DNA from: Sphyrna mokarran
Taxonomy: Eukaryota
Length of the DNA: 64,000 nt
Assembly (NCBI GenBank): GCA_024679065.1
Contig: JAGIQG010000020.1
Span: forward strand, 26,846,001 to 26,910,000
Reading direction: 5' to 3'
In this document: positions 24,700 to 36,980 of the stretch, piece after piece
Numbering within the stretch: the first letter of the stretch is position 1
Layout of the letters: each line of letters starts with the position of its first letter
Notes under the pieces: model-generated
What the model was told of the DNA's origin: nothing
What the model saw: the letters and a program-made list of their open reading frames with translations, nothing else
Databases searched by the model: none
Translations under genes and position numbers: made by a program

Positions 24700-24972
24700 C
24701 ACGGTGATCTGGATCCCTTGGGAGCTGATGGTGTTGTGGTTTTTGGAATGGGCCACATGGAAAGCCTTGCCTGTGATGCACTCAAAGTTGTCATTGACGA
24801 GTGGGTTCTTGGAGGAGATACTGGTGTCTGAGTGAACCTGCTTCATCACTTTGTAACTGTAGATGGTATAATTCTCCTCCCTAGATTTCCTTCTCTTCTT
24901 GCCACCTTTCGGGACCGTTTTCTTGATTCTTTTGGAATCCTTCTGGGGAGCGGCTTTCTTGTCCTTGGCCTT
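24700..24972 (-). pseudogene. H2B: Histone H2B pseudogene (start codon lost, internal in-frame deletion, 3' truncated)
   Basis: One open frame: KAKDKKAAPQKDSKRIKKTVPKGGKKRRKSREENYTIYSYKVMKQVHSDTSISSK-----NPLVNDNFECITGKAFHVAHSKNHNTISSQGIQITV versus canonical H2B ...[66 protein letters not shown]. Confidence 0.93.
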
Positions 24973-25248
24973 GGTGCTGTCTCACTTTTTGATGGGGCAG
25001 CCAATGTGATCACCACCTGTTTTTGATTTCTCAGCCACACTCCTGCCTCCCTCCATATCCTTCCCCCAACATACCACAAAATGATCGACAGCAAGCACCC
25101 TCAGTTCACTAAGCTTTGAAATTCTACTTTACATTATCTTTTAACATAATTATTTTAAATTACAATATTCATTGGTTTAGTTAAGTTGTGAATTAGTTAA
25201 TGATTGCAGAATTTTGAGCAGAGCGAATTTTAAATTGATAAATTCAAC

Positions 25249-25292
25249 AGACACAGACAGACAGACACACAGACACAGATACACACACACAC
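25249..25292. repeat. (ACAG)/(AC)n microsatellite
   Basis: Direct reading. Confidence 0.85.
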
Positions 25293-25426
25293 CCGTAACC
25301 AAAGGCCCTAGACTGGATGTAAACTCAGCATAGATGTACACTCCTGTGAGTAACAAGATGTAAACATGTAATCCAGGCTCTTGTTCTACAATCAAGCTGA
25401 GGCAGTATTGCACTATTGGAGATGTT

Positions 25427-25553
25427 GGCCAGAATTCTCCAGTTTATGCCCAGCCACTGCTGCCAGAGAGAACACAGAATTTGAGAATGGAGAATCTGTT
25501 CACTGTAATGGCTTGGAGAACCCCAGCCGCTGGGAGGTTGGAGAATCCAGTCC
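25427..25553. mobile_element. MITE, probably Harbinger-derived
   Basis: TIRs ggccagaattctcc / ggagaatccagtcc with a 3-bp direct repeat GTT on both sides. Confidence 0.7.
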
Positions 25554-25585
25554 GTTGTCCATTGGGTAAGATGGTTACTACCCCC

Positions 25586-25587
<2 letters not shown>

Positions 25588-25619
<32 letters not shown>

Positions 25620-25642
25620 CCCCCCCACCACCACCACCACCA
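25588..25642. repeat. (CT)n, poly-C and (CCA)n compound repeat
   Basis: Direct reading. Confidence 0.92.
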
Positions 25643-25724
25643 ACCGTTTCAGATAAATGGTTCTCATGTTGTTTCAGACAAGAGTAGGGAAAGTTAGCAC
25701 TGGTGTGCTGGCTGATATTTATCC

Positions 25725-25770
25725 ACAGTAAGAACTCACACAAAGCAGGTTAAAGTCCAACAGGTATTTA
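25725..25770 (-). mobile_element. Short Penelope-like fragment (family of 11975-12093)
   Basis: cacagtaagaactcacacaaagcaggttaaagtccaacagg is the reverse complement of part of 12020-12060. Confidence 0.55.
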
Positions 25771-25774
25771 TATT

Positions 25775-25962
25775 TATCCATCAGTTACCATAAAGCAGAT
25801 TCTCTGGCCATTATTGCATTTCTGTTTGTAGAATCCTGCTGTGCGTCAATTAGTTGCTGCACTTCCTACATTACATCAGTGACCAAGTTTTAGAAGTTTT
25901 TAATTGGCTCTAAAGTGCTTTGGAACATCCTGAGGTCATGAGAAGTGTTATTTAAATCTGGT
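25775..25962 (+). mobile_element. Deu-domain SINE 3' part
   Basis: ctggccattattgcatttctgtttgtagaatcctgctgtgcg...cctacattaca...gctttggaacatcctgaggtcatgag. Confidence 0.7.
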
Positions 25963-26815
25963 TCTTCCTCCTTTCATTTTTCATCAGGATGTGCTGCCTT
26001 ATGCTTAAATACCATGGAAGGTCTACCATTGTTTTATTTGCACACTATAAATATATAATACTCGGGAATAATCTAGCCTCCTCCCGAAGGCTCTTGTGTT
26101 GAAAATGCTACAATAAAATATAATACCAGGGCTGGATTGGTGCCTTTAGCAGATTCTTTTCTTGCTTTCATCTGAAGTTAATGCTGCAGCTTCCAGTTTA
26201 TAGGGAGTGGCATTAATTGATCAACCTGTCTCAGGTTGAGAGCCTAAAGCTTCCTTAGACTTTTTTTTAATACGATGCATATTAAAATAGTGCAGTTGAA
26301 GGTTTGAATAGATTTTGCTGGGAGCTTAGCTTACCAAAGGAGTTGAGTTCATGTTTGAACTGTAGATTGCAGCCAAGAATCTGTAACTATTAATGCTCGG
26401 GGGCTGAGAGGGAGATTTTGTGTCTTATTTCCCAGGCGTTTTTTAAAAGCAAATTCAGATTTTTGTTGATAAACAAACTAAAGGAACTTGCTTTTGGAAA
26501 TGTAGGAGTGTGTTTCCTATTGCAGAGTCTTAATTGGATTTCTCTCCTGAGGTCCTGATTAGAAATATCTCATCGTAGCAGCCTTTTCTCTTGACTCAGT
26601 TTTCCTGCCTGCTTTCCTGATCTTTGCTGGGAGTTGGGTTCCTATGGGTGCTTGTGCAAATGCCAATCCTTCGTGTCTGAGTTTAGACAGTGAGTATAAG
26701 CTGGCCATTTTACTGTATCTTGTTTATTGCGGGGGTTCACTGAGATGTATTTTCCAGTCTGGGTCACTGGGTAGCAATTCAGGAGTGGGAAAGTTTGAAG
26801 ATCCCTTCCACCTTC

Positions 26816-26841
26816 CACACACACACACACACACACACACA
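26816..26841. repeat. (CA)n microsatellite
   Basis: Direct reading. Confidence 0.95.
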
Positions 26842-27151
26842 CCCTCTCTAACTCCTGGTGATTGATACCAACTGTTGCAATCTTGGTAAGATCGGCTGAT
26901 GTGGTGTGCAGACACTTGCAAGTGGAACACTTATTAACTTGTGCCACATTGTAATATTGTATCTGATGGTGCTTTTATCAAGTGAGCCTTTGCAAGAGTT
27001 CGTGTAGGGATATTTTTAAATGATTATGGAATACCAGGATGCACAAAATACTGGGAGGGACAGAAAATACCAGTTAAGAGAATAGTAAGTTAATTGGTAA
27101 AGGAGAAATCAATGATGTGTACATCTGGATTATTGTGCATGTATGTTTTTT

Positions 27152-27421
27152 AAAATTTATTTATTAGTGTCACAAATAAGCTTACATTAACACTACAGTG
27201 AAGTTACTGCGAAAATCCCCTAATCGCCACATTCTGGCATCTGTTTGGATAACACTGAGGAAGAATTTAGCATGATCGATGCACCTAATCAACACTGCAA
27301 GAGGAAACCCACACAGACACGGGGAGAACATGCAAACTCCGCATAGTGACCCAAGCCAAGAATCAAATTAGAGTCCCTGGTGCTGTGAGGCAGCAGTGCT
27401 AACCACTGTGCCACCATGCCA
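27152..27421 (-). mobile_element. Type-B-tail SINE
   Basis: Same tail and head as 9674-9913. Confidence 0.88.
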
Positions 27422-28790
27422 CACAAATTATAGTAAATAAAATTGAGGAATTACAGATGCAGATTGCGCTGTGGAAATATGATGATGTGTAGATAACAGA
27501 ATCCTGGCTCAAGGAAGGGCAGCACTGGGTGTTAAATATTCCTGGGAAAAAGGTGTTCAGAAAGAAAGGAAAATGAGAGGGGTGCTGGAATTGTTTAAGG
27601 AGAGCATTGCCATATTGGAGAAGGGGAATGTCCTAGAGGGTTCAAGAACTATTTGGCTAGAGCTAAGGGTGCAATTACATTGCTTGATGTAGTCGACAGA
27701 TCGCCAATTGGTGAAACAGATTTAAAAGAATCTAAATTACAGAGAGATTGGAATATTATAGAATACTTTTAAAATGGAACTTTAATTGTCCAAATTTAAA
27801 TGAGATAGTGGTAATGTAAAAGACGGAGAGGGGCAAAAGTTCCTAGATCGTGTTCAGAAATATTCCCTACAGCAGCATGCGTTCAGTCCAACAAGAAAGG
27901 ATGCACTGTTGGACTGGCTCTTGGAAATGAGGTCAGCCAAGTAGATCAAGTGTCAGTGGAGGAACATTTTAGGGGACAATGATCATTGTGTCGTAAGTTT
28001 AGGACGATGATAGAAAAGGATAAAAGGCAATCCAGAGTAAGGATAATTAAACTGCAAGAGAGCAGCTTCAATGGAATTAGAATTGAATTGGACCAGTAAG
28101 ACTGGAACAAAAGGCTGGCAGGAAAAACTGTAACTGAACAATGGGCTACCATCAAATCAGAAATGGTGCAGACACAGTTACAGTTTATTCCTCCTAAAAG
28201 AAAAGGCAGGACTGAGAAATCTAGAGCTCCTTGGATGAAAAAGGCGATAGAAATTAAGGTAAGGAAGAAAAAGTGTATTTATGACTGGTGTCAGAAAGCA
28301 CAGTGAGAACAAAGAGGAATGCAGAAGATTCAGAGGGGAGGTGAAAAAGAACTTTAGAGAAGTGAAGAGGGATTATGAGAATCCTCTGTAAGCCAACATA
28401 AATGGAAATGCTAAAGTCTTCCAAAGGCATATAAGTAGTAAAATGATGGTAGAATCAATTAGTGCCCTAAAAGGGAATTTGCACATAGAGACTGGGGGCA
28501 TAGCTAAGATGTTAAGAAAAATACTTTACATCTGTCTTTACCAAGGAGGTAGATGCTACCCAGGGCGTGGTAACAGACAAGGATATTCTGTCCCGAGAAG
28601 GGCTCAAAATTGATGAGGAGGAAACGTTGAATAGATTGTCGGTATTGAAATTTGAGAAGACACCAGAACCAGATGAGATACATCTAAAGATATTGAAGGA
28701 GATGAAAATGGATATTGCAGGGCCGCCGGCCATAATCTTCCAGTCTTCTCTAGACTCAAGGGACATACCAGAAGGCTAGATAATTGCAAG

Positions 28791-28965
28791 TCATAGAATC
28801 ATGCAACACAAAATAGGCCCTTCGGCCATCGAGAACACACTGATGCGATAGAAACACCTGAACTCCCACCTAATCCCATCTGTCAGCTTTTTGGCGCATA
28901 GCCATGAATGTTAAGATGTGCAGAGTGCTCATCCAGGTCCTTTTTAAAGGATGTGAGGCTCCACC
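28791..28965 (-). mobile_element. CR1 3' tail nested in the large CR1
   Basis: tcatagaatcatgcaacacaaaataggcccttcggcc...tttttaaaggatgtgagg. Confidence 0.75.
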
Positions 28966-29068
28966 ATCAAACCTTATGCCCTTGTTCAAAAACGGTTTGT
29001 AAGGAAAACCCCAGCAATTACAAGCCAGTCAGCTTAACATCTTTGATGGGCAAGCTTCTGGAAACAAA

Positions 29069-29134
29069 GGGATTTTCACAGTAACTTCATTGCAGTGTTA
29101 ATGTAAGCCTATTTATGACTCTAATAAATAAACA
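29069..29134 (+). mobile_element. Isolated type-B SINE tail nested in the large CR1
   Basis: gggattttcacagtaacttcattgcagtgttaatgtaagcctatttatgactctaataaataaac. Confidence 0.8.
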
Positions 29135-29827
29135 AATTATTTAGGATAGAATTAGCTGTCAAATAACAAAAATGTAGGTTTATTTGGAAGAGCCAGCAGG
29201 CATTTTTATGGGGGATATCATGATTGACTAACTTGCTGGGAGTTTTTTGAAGAGCTAACAGGGTCGATAAGAGTAATGCTATTGATATGGTGCAAATGGG
29301 CTTTCAGAAAGCATTTCATATAGTATCAGGCAACAGACTTGAGAAAAGTTCTAATAAAGAGGACAGTAACAACTTCAGAAAAGAGAATAAATTGGAGAGG
29401 TTGGGACTGTTCTTCTTGGCAGAAGAAGGCTGAGAGGAGATTCAAACTCATGAAGGGGCTGGACAGAGTAGATAGTGAGAAACTGTTCCCACTCGTAAAA
29501 GGATTGAGAATGAGAGGGCACAAAGTTAGTGATTTCCAACAGAAGCAAATGTGATGTGAAAAAAAATCTTTTCATACAGCTAGTGGTTTGTATCTGGAAT
29601 GCACTGCCTGGAAGTGTAGTGATTGCACGTTCAATCAAAACATTCGAGAGGGCAAAAGAGAATTACTTGAAAAGAAACAACATAGAGTTATGGGGAAAAA
29701 GGCAGGGAAATGGCACTAAGTCATGATGCTCAATTGCAGACATGATGGACTAAAGAACTCCTTCTGTATCATAACAATTCTATGATATGCTAGATCAATC
29801 AATCAAGTTCCCAGTTAAAGTCCCCAC

Positions 29828-30152
29828 TGGGCATGGTGGCACAGTGGTTAGCGCTGCTTCCTCATAGCTCCAGGGATCCGGGTTCGATTCCGGCTTCAGG
29901 TCACTGTTTGTGTGGAGTTTGTACATTCTCCCTGTGTCTGCTTGGGTTTCCTCCAGGTGCTTTGGTTTCTTCCCACAGTCCAAAGATGTGCAGTTATGTT
30001 GATTGACCATGCTAAATTGCCCATAGTATTCCAGATTAAAGGGATTAGTGCGATAAATCTCTGGGGATTGGGCCCGGGGTGGGATTGTTGTTGGTGCAGA
30101 CTCAATGGGCCGAATGGGCTCGTTCTGCACCGTAGGGTTTCTGAGTCTATGA
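29828..30152 (+). mobile_element. Full-length HE1-type SINE
   Basis: gggcatggtggcacagtggttagcgctg...gggttcgattccggc...ctgcaccgtagggtttctgagtctatga. Confidence 0.92.
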
Positions 30153-30845
30153 AATTTTACAGAATTTGCAGCATTGAAAGACAGCTGACCAAGCTGGTTT
30201 CCAATCGTGTCCATGCTTCACATAAACCTTCTGCCACCCTACCTGACCTAACCCTCCATTCCCTTCTTTTCAGTTCCCCCTCATCTAGTTTCCCTTTTGT
30301 TTCTCTGATCATTTCTCATAGCGTTGCCAACCCTCCAGAATTAGCCTGGAGTCTGCAGGACACTGCTGTGTGCAATCTTGGTGAAAAATCTCCAGATCCC
30401 CCGCGTTATTCCCCACACTAAACAACACTGAATTGGCTGGGGAGGTTTGTTTTCTAAATCGAGGAATTATTCTGAAAGCAACTTTAATTGATATTCCTTG
30501 GCAAAAAAGACACCTTGAAATGTAATGTTTCCAATATGTGTGGAGCAGAAAGGATTGTATGCAGAATTAAGAGCTCTGTATGATTATCACAGGAGTAGAA
30601 TTGGAAAGCATTCAGATAATTAGTCAGCATGTCCATCTCCTATTTCATGTTATCTGATGAAATGACTCATGTATTCCGGTTTCCTGGTTACCTTGAATTC
30701 ACAGAACAAGATTATTATAGAATTTCAGCTGCCGATCTCAGTGTGGGAAAGTGGAGCCAGTTGGAATGTCCCATCTTTTGTTACCACAAAATGCTGGCCT
30801 TATATCTGCGTTCCCCTGGCACAATAGGGGTCACAATAGTCCTGA

Positions 30846-31131
30846 AATCATAGAATCCCTACAGTGAGGTAGGAGGCCATTTGGCTCATTTCATCTGCAC
30901 CCACTCTCTGAAGGAGCATCCCGTCCGTGCCCTATCCCTGTAATCCTAAGTAATTATCCCATTAGTTTATACATCCTGGGATAATTTAGCATAGCCAATC
31001 TACTTAATCTGCACGATTTTGGAAACATATGCACACACAGGGAGAACGTGCAAACTCCACACAGTCATCCAAGGCCAAAATTGAACCCGGGTCCCTGGTG
31101 CTATGAGGCAGCAATGCTAACCATTGTGCCA
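30846..31131 (-). mobile_element. HE1-type SINE
   Basis: atcatagaatccctacagtg tail to ctaaccattgtgcca head. Confidence 0.88.
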
Positions 31132-31724
31132 GGAACACCTTATCACACAGATTGTAGCGATTGAAGAGGGCAGTCCACTATCAACTTCCCAAAGACACTT
31201 AGAATGAAGTGATAAATGTCAGACCTTGCTAGTGATATCCACAATCTGAGAATGACATATTAAAACAAATCTGTTGTCATTAACGGTGATAATGAATTTA
31301 AGATGATAAGAAGTTTGAAGGGACTATTTTCCAGTGTGTGTGGAGGTGGGGGAGGGTGTGCAGTGGTTGCAATTAGTCATGGCAGTGGATGAGATTTTAT
31401 CCTCTAAAACTCACTTGCCTGAAAATATGGCAGGGCTGAGTCACAATGATTCATAGCATGGGATATTCACTCGACATTGAATGTTACTCATCCATCATGA
31501 AAGTAACATATTAATTGACAAGCAAATTCCCAAATGTTTAGCTTGCTAATGCCTATTACACTCTGGCTTGCCTGCTGAAGTTGGGCAATTCCATTGTACA
31601 TAAATGCAGTTTAATATTCATCATAAAATGTGCCGAGTGATTTATATTTGCATCACACCTATCACTTCTGACCTGAATTTCTGGAGAAGTTTATAAAATG
31701 TTAACTGCCGTTAGGTAGGCAAAT

Positions 31725-32025
31725 ATAACAGTCATCTTGCACAGATGAAAATCCCAGAGATAGCAGTGAGATCAGTGACCAGATCATTCCTCTTGGCGAT
31801 GTTGGTTCAGGGAGGAATGGTGTTCTTTCAATAACGCTACTTAATCTTCCATATCCACTGAAACCAGTAGACCAGATAGAATCAGTTCTGCGACTTAAGT
31901 TGAAGGACAGTACCGAGATGATTCTTCCTCAGTACTGCTCTGAAATGTCAAGCCTGGATTATCTGTTGAAGTTGAACTTTGTCTCCTGATTCCAAGAAGA
32001 GTATGATCGACTGAGACAAGCCATT
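31725..32025 (-). mobile_element. Deu-domain SINE, strongly decayed
   Basis: ttgcacag...cccagagatagcagtgagatcagtgaccagatcat...cctcagtactgctctgaaatgtca. Confidence 0.55.
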
Positions 32026-32659
32026 GATGGATTCTGAATTCTTGCTGGGAAGGGGAAAGTTCACAGCCCAACATCATGGATTCCTTGCAGTTAGTCTTGT
32101 TTGATTTTTAAGTGTTGCCCTTGATATTGAGTTGGTGGGAGAAACAAAATCATTTTGCTTGCAGAAACCAGCCAAAATATGCAGGGAGGTTCATATCTGA
32201 GCTCAGGCTCCAAATTGAAAGTATTCAGCTACAATTCCACAATGGGGCTTTGTCACACTGGATTGTCCCATTTTTATTTTGCTTTGTTGCTAATTTTGAA
32301 TGACCGATACAGATAGAAAGTTGTAGTTCTATTCACCACCTCACCTTGTTCTCCTTGGTGCTACCCTGTGCTGGATCACCAAGTGAATGATTACTCTTTA
32401 CTTGGAAGCACGTGCTCAATTAATAAGGTGTAAATCTAGAGAGCAGAGCTGCCATTGTGCATCAGAAGTACAAGGTATATCAGGAGTCACTGAGCACAAA
32501 TATGCCCAACTAAATTGCAAATTATTTGGTACCACAGGACTGTAGATGTCTTGTGGTGCAGAATTGACAGCTGTTTATATACCAAAAACATTTTCGTATC
32601 TGGCAGGAACCTTTCCGTCAAATTGGGAACAATGTGAATTGACTCCTACTCTCACTTGG

Positions 32660-32956
32660 GATGACACAATGGTGTTAACCAGTAATGGTTAACACTGTTG
32701 CCTCACAGCAACCAGGATTGATTCCCAGTTTAGATCGCTATCAGTGCAAAATCTGCACGTTTTCCCTGTGGCTGCATGGGTTTCCTCCAGGTGCTCTGCT
32801 TTCCACCCATAATCTGAAAGACATCCTGGTTAGTTGCATTGGCCATGATAAAATTCTCCCTCAAACCCAAACAGATGCCAGAGTTATGGTGGTTAGGAGA
32901 TTTTCACAGTAACTTCATTGTGGTGCTAATGTAAACCTATTTGTTTAATAAACTTT
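32660..32956 (+). mobile_element. Type-B-tail SINE
   Basis: tggttaacactgttgcctcacagc...ttttcacagtaacttcattg...aataaacttt. Confidence 0.85.
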
Positions 32957-33341
32957 ATACCTTCATATGCCATTTCTAACATGGATCACTGAAGAGTGAT
33001 TTGGAATAGAAAGCATAGCTAATGTTTGTACTCTCAAACTCAGAGATGCTGAGGCTAATTATACCACTTCTGTCTATTTCCCATGTTGGAATACATAGAA
33101 CGTTGACACTGTAGAAATGGAGGGGGTGAGCGGCACTTGGCCCCTTGAGTCTGCACTATCGTTCCAAAGGAGCACCTTACCCAGTCCTTCTCCTGCCCCA
33201 TCTCAGTAATTCTGTGTTTTCCACAGCTAATCCACATACCTAGCCCAGCTTTGGACTTGTTTACTTTGGTTGTTTCTTTTTCAAATGTGTATAATAGCAA
33301 ATTTTAAAATGGTAGTGCATGAACTGTTCCAACTCTGAGAT

Positions 33342-33650
33342 GTGGGCAGCACAGTGGTTAGCACCGCTGCCTCAGCACCAGGAACACGGGTTCAATTCTG
33401 GCCTCGAGTGATTGTCTATGTGGAATTTGCACACTCGTCCCGTATCTTTTGTAGGTTTTTTTTCCAGGTGCTCCAGTTTCCTCCTAAAGTTGAAAGTGTG
33501 TGGGTTAGGTTGATTGGCCATGCTAAATCGACCCTAGTGTTGGGGGATTAGCAGGGTAAATATGAGAGATTGTGGGAACAGAGCCCAGATGGGATTGTGG
33601 TTGGTGCAGACCTGATAGGCCGAATGGCCTCCTTCATGGGGATTTTATGA
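33342..33650 (+). mobile_element. HE1-type SINE (a reverse tail fragment also lies at ~33152-33255)
   Basis: gggcagcacagtggttagcaccgctgcctcagc...ggccgaatggcctcct. Confidence 0.88.
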
Positions 33651-35403
33651 AGTGCCTGAAACAACAGTATCTGAATTATTTTCCTTAGCAGAGTTTTGTC
33701 AATCTTGCTCATGTTTGCTGGATACAATTCATTGACGTATGAACTTTATTTCCAACGCAGTTGAAGCTGTGTGTCTGAAATTGCTATCACTATTAACTGG
33801 TCATTCAGTCCTCCTGACCTGCTGATGGAGTATTAAGGAAGGGAAAGGGAATTTATAGCCTCATTGTGTTTTGGTGTCATACAACCGTTGTGACCGTATA
33901 TAACCAAACATTCTGCCAAGCTTCTTCTGCTCCTTAATAGTGGCTTAGTCCTTTCCCATGGATGCTCCACCAATATGATTGATCATTCAGTGACTATATT
34001 CCCACCCTCAGGATATACCTTATTTGTTCATACATTCTCGACTTCTCAGTCGTTTCAAAACCATCTGTGCCCCCAGCACCCTGCCCCACTTTGACTCTTT
34101 CTTGTTTATCCTTCTCCAGATTCAATCTTTTAAATGTAAACTCACCCCAAAGTATGCAAGAACAGTGTAGAAATACAAGTTATTTATTTCTAGTGTGAAA
34201 GTGAATAGAAAAGATAAATTATTAACACTTTTTTTGGTCGGAGTTTAATACAAGGAAAATAGATAACTGATGTTCATTGTTCAATACTCAATTTAGAACA
34301 GCATCGTGCATTAAAATTCAGACATTTGGCAGTGCTGAAATTAGCAAATACAGTGATGACCCATTGTAAACCATTCTAATATCTTTCCAGATTGCTAATC
34401 AGAACAGACTTAGCCCTGTCAGTTTTTGTTAACCTCTGGTGGAAACGGAGATGTGTTCAACAAATGTGTTGATTGTCAGGCTTTGCCCAGCAAGCTGTAT
34501 GGAAACGCAACTGATTTGTCAGTGGCCAGTAAAGAGCCTAGCTCTGAAACGATGACAGCACAATAACAGTGTGCGCTTTAATACAATCTGCCAATGAGCA
34601 GGTCATTGCAACAAAGGAAAAGTAGCAAAGGTTGAAAGGAATGGATCAGGAAATGCAAGGTCTTCAGAGACAAGAGGATGGAAAATACTGTCCATTAATT
34701 GCTATTTTCTGCTTCTGAGTACAATAGCAATTAGCATTTTTGCATATTTCTAAATGGCAATTAAATTTTTTTTAGTCATCGTATTTCATACATGTTGTTT
34801 AGTGGGGTGGAATTGATTTGCTTACAGCAAATGTCCTGATTTATAAATATTAAACACAGAACAATAGAAGATTTATTCTTTATGTGTGGGGTAGGTGGCT
34901 TGTTGGGGCGAGTGTGGGGATTGATCTTTGTACTGTTACTTACTTTTGTACTGTTGTACAAATCTTGAGAAAATATTTCCTGGAATAGTTTCAGTATATT
35001 TTAGTGAATAGCTATTGAAGACAATAATTATTTGTTAAAAAGAAATATTTGCAGTGTAATGGAGGCCAGCCTTGCCTGTTGTAATGTATTTTCTGGTGTT
35101 GGAGTGCATTTGCTAATGCAGCCTTGCTTTCATTCTTTCTTGTGTGAGAAAGACTGTGTTTGCTTCTGGCCCTGTCCTTCAATTAAGTATTTCCTTAAAA
35201 AAAATGTTTTTTTCCAACTGGTAATGATGTTAAAAGAACCTGCTTTATATTTATTGGATAACATAATTTTTGTGATGCAAATTGCTGCAGTCAGAAAGAT
35301 TATTATGGGAGTTTCAACTGGCGCCTCGTCTTACTGATTGAATTAGGCTAAGGCAGACATTAATTAGAGAACACCAGAGACTGGAGAACTCAGTGCTTTC
35401 TAA

Positions 35404-36032
35404 ATGGTGGGAGTGAAAATGGTGCCATTGTAGTTAGGTAATGAACTGTGCTCTCAGACAATGGTAAGCATGTTTTGTTTAGGCTATTTATATTTACTGG
35501 CTTATTTTGAATGACTGTGTAAAGCAGCAGCCTTTTCCTTTAATTTCCCTTATTGTAAAGCAATGAAAAATTGCAAACACTGGCACTGTGTTTCAACAAT
35601 TTTTTAAAATAAACATTTCTGATGGTTAAGATTTTAAGCTTTTGAATGTTAAAGACTCCAGGTTCTGAGAGCTTCTGGTTTAATCAGGCCTGGACTGTGC
35701 AGAGCACAGACAGATTGAGGACCTGTGCCACATTTGATTTAAGTTCCTCTGCGATAGGGATATGGAGGCCAAAGTATCTGGAGCCCTGGCTTCTGATTCA
35801 CTAACTTGCTGAACTTAAGTAGATGTTGGTTAAGGACTGGATTGAGTTTGAGTACTGATTTTATGATAAAATAACATATTGCGCTGTCCATACCCAGACA
35901 CAGGAATGACCATGATTTGGATCATAGAATCCTTATAGTGCAGAAGAGGCCATTTGGCCCATTGAGTTTGCACTGACCCTTCAACAAAGCATTCCACCCA
36001 GGTCTTCGCTCCCTGCCCCATCTTCCTAACCC
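35404..36032 (+). repeat. Donor arm of a local inverted duplication (copy at 36557-36980)
   Basis: For example gctgtccatacccagacacaggaatgacca at ~35884-35912 versus tggtcattcctgtgtctgggtatggacag at ~36675-36703. Confidence 0.92.
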
Positions 36033-36265
36033 CAACATTTACCACAGTTAATCCATCAAACCAACACACCTTGGAACACTAAGGGGCAATTAAGCAAGGC
36101 TAATCCACCTGATCTGCATATCTTTGGACTGTGGGAGGAAACCGGTGGAAACCCATGCAGACATGGGGAGAATGTGCAAACTCCACACAGACAGTTACCC
36201 ATGGACAGAATTGATCCTAAATCCCTGGTGCTGTGAGGCAACAGTTTAACTACTGTGCTACTGGG
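35921..36265 (-). mobile_element. HE1-type SINE
   Basis: atcatagaatcc tail through ccctggtgctgtgaggcaacag head. Confidence 0.9.
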
Positions 36266-36349
36266 CTGGTACGGAGTTAATAATCTATAGTGCGTTGTGT
36301 CTCCCTGTCTGTACCAAGGACTAAATGTGTAAAATATCTAGCCACTTTC

Positions 36350-36530
36350 AATAATGGACCTACCTGACATTAAGTTGATCTTGCTTTACCCCTTCAGCTA
36401 TGATTGTAACACTATATTCTGCACTCTCAACTTTCCTTCCCTATGAACTGTAAGCTTTGTCTGTATAGTGTGCAAGAAACAATACTTTTCATTGCAGACT
36501 AATATATATGACGATAAATCAAATCAAAAG
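36350..36530 (+). mobile_element. LINE 3' UTR with (TCAAA)n tail, probably Rex1/Babar-like
   Basis: aatggacctacc...aagttgatc...gcaagaaacaatacttttcattgcag...gataaatcaaatcaaa; second copy at 56925-57106. Confidence 0.6.
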
Positions 36531-36556
36531 TCAAGGAGTAACAAAGAAAATGGAAT

Positions 36557-36980
36557 GAGTTAGGTGATGGGGCAGGGGGTGAGGGCCTTGGTGGGATGCC
36601 CTGTTGGGGGGTCAGTGTGGACTTGATGGGCTGAATATTTTCTTTGCTCTGTAGGGATTCTATGATACAAATGGTGGTCATTCCTGTGTCTGGGTATGGA
36701 CAGTGCAGTACGTTATTTTATCATAACGTCAGCACTCAAAACTTAATCCAGTCCTTAACCAACATCCACTCAAGCTCAGCAGATTAGTCAATCAGAAGCC
36801 AGGGCTCCAGCCAGTTTTTGCCTCTATGTCCCAACCAGAGAGGAACTTAAACCAGATGTGGCAAAGGACTTACATTTGGCTGCGCTCGGCACAGCCCAGG
36901 CCTGAATAACCCAGAAACCGTCAGAACCCTGAGCACAGTTCATTACCTGACCACATTGAAACCATTTTCATTCCCATCAT
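36557..36980 (-). repeat. Inverted copy of 35404-36032 lacking 35458-35660
   Basis: Colinear reverse-complement alignment in two blocks. Confidence 0.92.

Larger units (their letters stand above)
27430..29787 (+). mobile_element. Large decayed CR1 LINE ORF2 (APE endonuclease, partial RT, 3' tail) with an internal deletion
   Basis: ITESWLKEGQHWVLNIPG-like endonuclease start; KTPEPDEIHLKILKE...PPAIIFQSSLDSRDIPE; GLDRVDSEKLFP; FIQLVVCIWNALP; tail ...attctatgat. Confidence 0.9.

Noticed and set aside
24846-25094. Basic, Arg/Lys-rich 82-aa ORF resembling a protamine-like peptide
   Set aside because: It is an alternative frame of the H2B pseudogene N-terminal tail.
29828-29900. tRNA-like A/B boxes here and in many other places
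   Set aside because: They are SINE heads followed by SINE body and tail; no complete cloverleaf.
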